Shown here in pieces: positions 17,801-21,794 of a DNA stretch of 21,794 nucleotides. The notes under the pieces are model-generated. The model was given only the letters and a program-made list of their open reading frames with translations, did no database searches and was not told where the DNA came from. The stretch is from Fidelibacterota bacterium (GTDB lineage: Bacteria; Fidelibacterota; Fidelibacteria; Fidelibacterales; DSDE01), in contig JBJKQR010000069.1 in NCBI GenBank assembly GCA_046735395.1, forward strand, positions 1-21,794, given 5' to 3'. The translations under genes and the position numbers were made by a program. The stretch's first letter is position 1; the number at the start of each line of letters is the position of its first letter.

Positions 17801-19015
17801 CTGGAAGCCGCTCCCGATGATGAGGGCGAAACTGTCACGATCTTTGTGAATCCTTACGCATCCTACGATCCCATTACCGATGCTGATTTCCTCGCCGCCA
17901 ATAATGACGCTGACGGAACAGATGGTATCCAGGTGACTCTCGGAGCCGGTGGTTCCTTTACTCTCGAACAGGTGCCCCCCGGAACGTATGACTTCATCGT
18001 TCATAAGGATGGATATCTCGATCAGAGAATCACCAGCACGACCGTGAAAGCCATGGCTACCACGCATGTCAACTTCAATGGTGCAAATCTGCTCCTGGCC
18101 GGTGACTGCGCCGGATACGACAACGACGGTTCATCTGCTACCGCATCTCAGCCCGATAACCAGATCGGTTCTGATGATACGGATGCCATCCAGACTGCGT
18201 TTGACACCCAGTCCGGTGATGCCGCCTGGAATGCCTATGCCGATATCGATGGTGACGGACACGTCTATATTCCTGACTACAGCTATGCCGCCAATAATAC
18301 CGGCGACGGTGAAGGCATCCTCTATAAGAGTGATGATTACCAGGGAAGCAATGATCGCGCTGTTGCACGACTCGTTGCCCTCGGTGACAACCGTTACGAT
18401 GTGGAAGTGGAAAACACCTCTGCCGTTCGTGCCTATGTCGTCAATGTGAACTACAATACAGATGAATATGAACTGATCAATCGCTTCGACGACCTGAGCA
18501 GCACTGCCAAGACTCTCAATTTCGTCAAGGCAAACGGAAATAACAGCCAGTTCGTGTCCGCCATTGTCGGCCATGACCTGAACAAAGCTTCCGATATGTC
18601 TCTGGTTTCCTTTGAACTGAAAGCAAAGGTTGCCAATCCCACGACAACCCCGGAACTGATTTCCGTTGACCTCGTTGATGGACAGCATCAGCTGGCCAAA
18701 GCCATGATCGAAGCTACGAAAGACGCTCTCCCCACCGAATACCGCCTCGACCGCAACTACCCCAACCCCTTCAACCCGATCACAAAAATCGGCTTTGCTC
18801 TGCCTGAAATGTCCAATGTAAGACTCGTTGTATACAATGTCATGGGACAGGAAGTCCGTACGCTCGTAAACTCCAGCATGGAAGCTGGCGTATACAACAC
18901 GGTTTGGAACGCTACCGACAATATGGGACGGAAAGTCTCCTCCGGAGTCTATTTCTATCGTCTCTTCGTTGACGGACGTATCCTCAGTACTCAGAAGATG
19001 ATCCTTCTGAAATAA
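14819..19015 (+). CDS. Large secreted surface protein: Ig-like repeats, cohesin-like, carboxypeptidase-regulatory-like (X), dockerin-like, T9SS type A/FlgD-Ig-like C-terminal domain
   Basis: 1398 aa; AAGGAGG RBS 14804-14810; signal peptide ending AAAFA; VPPGTYDFIVHKDGYL; paired Ca-loops LAGDCAG...DNQIGSDD and ADIDGDGHVYIPD; C-terminus NYPNPFNP...VSSGVYFYRL...KMILLK. Confidence 0.9.
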   Translation: MMYFVRSRMITALAMVLLLTAAAFATPTAVVRPSTVPTGAYLDGQDGDQYFVQALEVTLVTAAVGAGQTITVVMPDDMTIADTDGNANFINEISISNTATNAVTWTITAATASGFTATSAAAASAAGDKIMLLFPVLTSASPAASTADYTVTVSGEAAPAAITVTVTYSSSTLALVTFAPAFTGGDSTSLKGDGYPSSASHTNAAGALTAALPDWVVDESAGANDAFVNGTTDWDAITLDNDNNGAVGATIGTAENQYYFWASQTSGLRRIDGQDGHKPIMLAQPTRASAIAATNGANLPCDSDVETGTFSATSLIDGQALAEGNWYFYVTSAITNDWVLGQSGVVKVKHYPTFNAATANAGGGYDFDASGTFDPGAADDVTEMYLESGQKLSPAGILFGAGAVDNVDIFFDFEDVDDNATINLFYSTSATLTASDVTTSGASPNIAVTGLTGATKLNTETLYEDTSVVSYNLDIYTSASSYMTAGTYYVYMVANDGKHQTFYKVINSAAADASLKVKHLPAFTFQDHYADGAAAYALATGTQPYFLINWGQTIDGDLDVDGTMRIRLYASDLDITGNAANIGYSTTLTSVDSTKLPDLCISDPTGTVEILDRRDVSDTREANRYSWDALNSGLDAGTYYIYALCTQGGDAVIYQFESAVDDDKTIALTHDISFRALSPYVDQILKLTKEDKFEIRWEAIDKDETSTDWEVLAFALPAGGTLVGANAAAIDAGNAAGYWLTSDDGDEYVNGRTLANAGKATINVGDLTATMTGVGATPSGVYDVYLIYDSNISTTDWAGDASEVVVATGTQVEFTGTGDATWEPQFLMTPTMSGVAVGDTVTLDIYAKSDAAAVNVSFINIGVDIDNSSYLSVLDQDANTAGTQPFDDETVNFAGTVLTNSLTSTGSGYELSYTELKAGGAALATSLHVASIQLKVIAQPASGTLPEINVTFASTGDRATGLTSADGTQQDVDYADPAAVVRVASGGTVSGFVDLEAAPDDEGETVTIFVNPYASYDPITDADFLAANNDADGTDGIQVTLGAGGSFTLEQVPPGTYDFIVHKDGYLDQRITSTTVKAMATTHVNFNGANLLLAGDCAGYDNDGSSATASQPDNQIGSDDTDAIQTAFDTQSGDAAWNAYADIDGDGHVYIPDYSYAANNTGDGEGILYKSDDYQGSNDRAVARLVALGDNRYDVEVENTSAVRAYVVNVNYNTDEYELINRFDDLSSTAKTLNFVKANGNNSQFVSAIVGHDLNKASDMSLVSFELKAKVANPTTTPELISVDLVDGQHQLAKAMIEATKDALPTEYRLDRNYPNPFNPITKIGFALPEMSNVRLVVYNVMGQEVRTLVNSSMEAGVYNTVWNATDNMGRKVSSGVYFYRLFVDGRILSTQKMILLK

Positions 19016-19042
19016 TCTTCCTTTCTCAACAGGAATACTTGC

Positions 19043-19073
19043 GCCCCGCCCCTGAAAAGGCGGGGCTTTTTTT
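19043..19073 (+). terminator. Rho-independent terminator
   Basis: GCCCCGCC (19043-19050), 8-nt loop, GGCGGGGC (19059-19066), then T7; 27 nt after the stop codon. Confidence 0.92.
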
Positions 19074-19120
19074 ATATACAGTTTGTTTTGAAATTGGCGA
19101 GTTGACGAGTTCACAGGCCG

Positions 19121-19180
19121 CCCCATCTACGTTTCACTACGATGCGGCTGGCCCGTCTTCGTTTCGCTACGACGCGGCAA
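19121..19180 (+). repeat. Tandem 30-bp hairpin-like repeat (2 copies, plus a partial copy near 19267-19290)
   Basis: CCCCATCTACGTTTCACTACGATGCGGCTG / GCCCGTCTTCGTTTCGCTACGACGCGGCAA. Confidence 0.8.
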
Positions 19181-19332
19181 GCGAGACGAGAGGCATAAGG
19201 ATCAAGGCGCCAGGAGCAAAAGAGGAAGGAGCCCGCAGCGCAAACGAAGAGGAGCCACAAAATCTGCGTTCCTATGACGCGGCAGGCGAGTAGGCATCAA
19301 GAAGGTGCTGCGATATTCCTTAGCAGGATAGT

Positions 19333-19445
19333 TTCTCGTTTCTTCCCCGTCTACTCGTCTACCTGTCAACTCGTCTACCCGACCGCGAATCCGTTATCGT
19401 TTCTTCCTTCGTCTACCCGTCAACTCATCTACCCATCCAACCCGC
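19333..19445 (+). repeat. 113-bp direct repeat, copy 1, built from octamers (CYYGTCWA)
   Basis: Identical to 20051-20187 apart from a 24-bp expansion in that copy. Confidence 0.95.
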
Positions 19446-19480
19446 CAACTTGCCTCCTCATGAACGCTACATCGATATGA

Positions 19481-19707
19481 TTTCCCTTTTTCTTTCTCTG
19501 ACTGACCAGAGAAAGAAACAAAGAGAGTCCTGGATCTGAAGAAAATCAGGGACAGGGTCTCCGTTCCGCCTGAATCTCTCAATGCCTGCAAAGCCAGGCT
19601 GAATAGATTCTTAACGGCTGCACTGCGCCTCTGTTGAAATTCATAAACGGTTCTGCTCTAAAATCCTGTTTTTCTTATGCTCCAAAACGAAGAGGAGGTA
19701 CAAAATC
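19481..19707. repeat. Multi-hairpin MITE-like or structured-RNA element
   Basis: 12-bp perfect stem 19489-19500/19507-19518; 19539-19550/19665-19676 (11/12); nested 19561-19565/19613-19617, 19572-19577/19605-19610, 19584-19588/19595-19599. Confidence 0.55.
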
Positions 19708-19730
19708 CCCGCACACATTTTATAACGGGC

Positions 19731-19757
19731 TGTCATTGCGGACCTGATCCGCAATCT
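19731..19757 (+). repeat. REP-like palindrome, TGTCAT-type
   Basis: TGTC-ATTGCGGA-CCTGA-TCCGCAAT-CT, an 8-bp stem with a 5' tetranucleotide foot. Confidence 0.7.
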
Positions 19758-19824
19758 GGTTTACGAGTTGCGAGGATGCCGATATAATTAAGACAGGAGA
19801 GACAGTTTACCGTCCCTTAAAACG

Positions 19825-19854
19825 GGTACAGACGTTGCATGCAACGTCTCTACC
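19825..19854. repeat. REP-like palindrome, GTAG-type
   Basis: GGTACAGACGTTGCATGCAACGTCTCTACC: perfect 20-bp core 19830-19849; reads GTAG-AGACG... on the minus strand. Confidence 0.8.
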
Positions 19855-19880
19855 GAAATACTATAGACGCGGAGAATTTT

Positions 19881-19944
19881 GTTTCTTCCTCGTCTACCCG
19901 TCAACCCGTCAACTCATCTACCCATCCGACCCGCCGACAAAAAT
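19881..19944 (+). repeat. Partial third copy of the octamer-based repeat
   Basis: Matches the second half of the 113-bp unit with one extra octamer. Tail ACCCGCCGACAAAAAT recurs at 20198-20213. Confidence 0.9.
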
Positions 19945-19947
19945 CAT

Positions 19948-20012
19948 CCACGAATGACACGGATTGACACGAAGAATTCGCACTACACAAAGAACACAAA
20001 ACAACACGAAAA
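19948..20012 (+). repeat. Short 9-10-bp CACRRA-core tandem repeats (two triplets)
   Basis: CCACGAATGACACGGATTGACACGAA and ACACAAAGAACACAAAACAACACGAAAA. Confidence 0.65.
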
Positions 20013-20050
20013 AATGGAACAGCACCGTTAAATATCAGTCCACTCCCGGA

Positions 20051-20187
20051 TTCTCGTTTCTTCCCCGTCTACTCGTCTACCTGTCAACTCGTCTACCCGA
20101 CTACCTGTCAACTCGTCTACCCGACCGCGAATCCGTTATCGTTTCTTCCTTCGTCTACCCGTCAACTCATCTACCCATCCAACCCGC
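20051..20187 (+). repeat. 137-bp direct repeat, copy 2
   Basis: Copy 1 plus a 24-bp (three-octamer) duplication at 20101-20124. Confidence 0.95.
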
Positions 20188-20263
20188 GAACACTCCAACC
20201 CGCCGACAAAAATGTGACCGATCTCAAACGCCGCCTCGTGGCAGTCTTTCATTCTTGGAAATA

Positions 20264-20284
20264 CGGCATGAAACTTGCTAAATT
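20264..20284 (+). promoter_or_regulatory. Candidate sigma54 (-24/-12) promoter, overlapping a sigma70-like -10
   Basis: CGGCATGAAACTTGCT = GG-N10-GC with TTGCT. Also TTGGAA (20255-20260)-18 nt-TAAATT (20279-20284) with an upstream TG. Confidence 0.6.
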
Positions 20285-20290
20285 GATAGT

Positions 20291-21794
20291 ATGAAAAAAC
20301 GTATATACCTTGCCATCATAGCACTTATTTATCTGGGGATTCTGCCGGGGAGTCTTCTTGCCGGGCAGACAAAATTATGGCTCGAAGCTGTTGCGAATAA
20401 TTCGGTTCTCCTGTCCAAGGATACGGTTACCTTCCGGATTATGGCCGATGTGGGAACAGCACGCTGTGCCGGCGTTCGCGCCTATATCACGATTGATCCG
20501 ACAATTTTTAAACCGGTATTGAAAAATGGAAGCGAACCCTTCATTCAAGGGACCTTCATAACCGGAAATCCCTTCACAACGAATGAAATGAACAGGGGCG
20601 ATACCTGGGAAAATCCCGATGCCAACGGGGTCCCCGGACTGCAGCTGGATTATTATCACCCTACAGCCGTGGCGACCGGAAGCGTCCGTCCCACGGTTAC
20701 AGGTTCCGGACTGGTTGCGTCTTTCCGGTTGGTGGTGATTCAGATTCCGGACAATCCGGAGCAGGCGACGACGATCACCCTGGACAGTGACGCACTCCAC
20801 GACCGGGGTTCGGCATATTCCGATTATAATACCACGACGTCCACCACGCAGTTTGTCTCCTTTGGAACAATGTCTGATTTCACGGCCACCATTATGGGCG
20901 TCGGCATTTATCCGCCACTGGTGGACACACTGATTACGCCCGGAGATGATATTTCCATTTTTCTCGGTGAGCATTATCTGGGCCGCGAATTCGATTCGAC
21001 CCGGGCCATCTGGACCAGTACGGTCTCAAATCTTCCCAATAATACCATTTTTTCCATCGATACGGTAAATAATGCCGATATGCTGACTTTCACGACCGGG
21101 GCAGACAGTCACGGCCAGCTGAAGAGCACTGTTTTTCTGGACGTACCCGGCGGAAAATACCATGATGAAACAGAATATAATGTGGTTGTGGACCACGTAC
21201 CCGAAATTATCATGGATTCCTTATCTGTGTATGAGGATGTGGATTCCACGCTGTCCACCGCGCTGCTGTTCACGGATCCGGATGATCAGGGCGCGGATAT
21301 GTCCGTACACATCGGTCAGAATGGCAATGTTTTTCTGAATTATAACGGGGATAATACCTTCACGGTTTCATCCGCGGCAAACTGGTACGGAGCAGGTTGG
21401 TATCCACTGACTGTTACGGATGTACTGGGCGCCACTCAGACCTCCCAGCTCTACATCAATGTCATTTCCGTCAATGATCCGCCGCAGCTGAAATTTGACC
21501 TGGTGGGCGGTGCGGCTCTTGGGGACACCCTTATTATCCGTCACGGGGAAGATGATACGCTGTGTCTGGATGATTTTCTGGACGATGTGGAAGATACGGT
21601 GGGTACCTGGTCCTGGGTTAACAGCGCTCCGTCCAAAGTCCTTATTTCGGAACTGGGCGATAATACGCTGAATTTTCATGCCCAGCAGGTGAGTTTCTAT
21701 GGAGATGTGCCGGTTGCCTTCACGGTTACCGATGCTCAGGGAGCGCAGGCCACAGATACGCTCATCGTGTCCGTCCGGTCCTTCCCGCCCGAAT
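20291..21794 (+). CDS. Secreted protein with N-terminal cohesin-like domain and tandem Ig/cadherin-like (Big_9/tandem-95-like) repeats; truncated by the window end
   Basis: Hand-translated open frame of about 500 codons with no stop, so missing from the ORF track. Signal peptide MKKRIYLAIIALIYLGILPGSLLA; VYEDVDST...FTDPDD...AANWYG...LTVTD...INVISVNDPP; next repeat ...FYGDVPVAFTVTDAQG. Confidence 0.9.
   Translation, partial: MKKRIYLAIIALIYLGILPGSLLAGQTKLWLEAVANNSVLLSKDTVTFRIMADVGTARCAGVRAYITIDPTIFKPVLKNGSEPFIQGTFITGNPFTTNEMNRGDTWENPDANGVPGLQLDYYHPTAVATGSVRPTVTGSGLVASFRLVVIQIPDNPEQATTITLDSDALHDRGSAYSDYNTTTSTTQFVSFGTMSDFTATIMGVGIYPPLVDTLITPGDDISIFLGEHYLGREFDSTRAIWTSTVSNLPNNTIFSIDTVNNADMLTFTTGADSHGQLKSTVFLDVPGGKYHDETEYNVVVDHVPEIIMDSLSVYEDVDSTLSTALLFTDPDDQGADMSVHIGQNGNVFLNYNGDNTFTVSSAANWYGAGWYPLTVTDVLGATQTSQLYINVISVNDPPQLKFDLVGGAALGDTLIIRHGEDDTLCLDDFLDDVEDTVGTWSWVNSAPSKVLISELGDNTLNFHAQQVSFYGDVPVAFTVTDAQGAQATDTLIVSVRSFPPE

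Noticed and set aside
66..19126. Long antisense and alternate-frame ORFs (e.g. 66-755, 1440-2069, 9397-10095, 16850-18067, 18131-19126)
   Set aside because: They shadow well-supported + strand genes and show no motifs; expected from codon bias.
19333..20187. CRISPR array
   Set aside because: Units are 8-bp microrepeats and >100-bp duplications with irregular gaps; no constant repeat-spacer period and no cas genes.
19039..20281. Short ORFs 19039-19293, 19274-19480, 19394-19591, 19964-20281
   Set aside because: They overlap the terminator or translate the repeats (e.g. YLSTRLPD); weak starts.
20375..21679. Minus-strand ORFs 20375-20974 and 21368-21679
   Set aside because: Antisense to the open + strand CDS from 20291, which has a signal peptide and repeat motifs.

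Overview
Two parts, all genes on the + strand. (1) 36-14326 is a flagellar hook-basal-body/motor cluster: flgB-flgC-small ORF-fliE-fliF-fliG-fliH-fliI-fliJ-MotE/YlxF-like-fliK (824 aa)-flgD-TIGR02530-like flagellar operon protein-[187-nt structured spacer]-flgE-motA-motB. The stator has Na+-type signatures. (2) 14819-end is a surface-protein locus. A 1398-aa secreted protein (Ig-like repeats, cohesin-like, X, dockerin-like, T9SS-type C-terminal domain) is followed by an intrinsic terminator. Next comes a 1.2-kb non-coding mosaic of at least six unrelated short repeat/palindrome types, then a second secreted protein (cohesin-like plus tandem Ig-like repeats) that starts at 20291, runs off the window and is absent from the ORF track. 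Flagella plus a PNPFNP-type sorting domain suggest a non-Bacteroidota FCB-group bacterium (Marinimicrobia/KSB1/Calditrichota-like; inference). Best leads: a structured leader in front of flgE, next to a gene with an RNase/RNA-binding-like motif; a non-cellulosomal cohesin-dockerin surface system; a divergent hook (short Dc region, long FliK); and the repeat mosaic. All family calls come from motif recognition and synteny; no searches were run.
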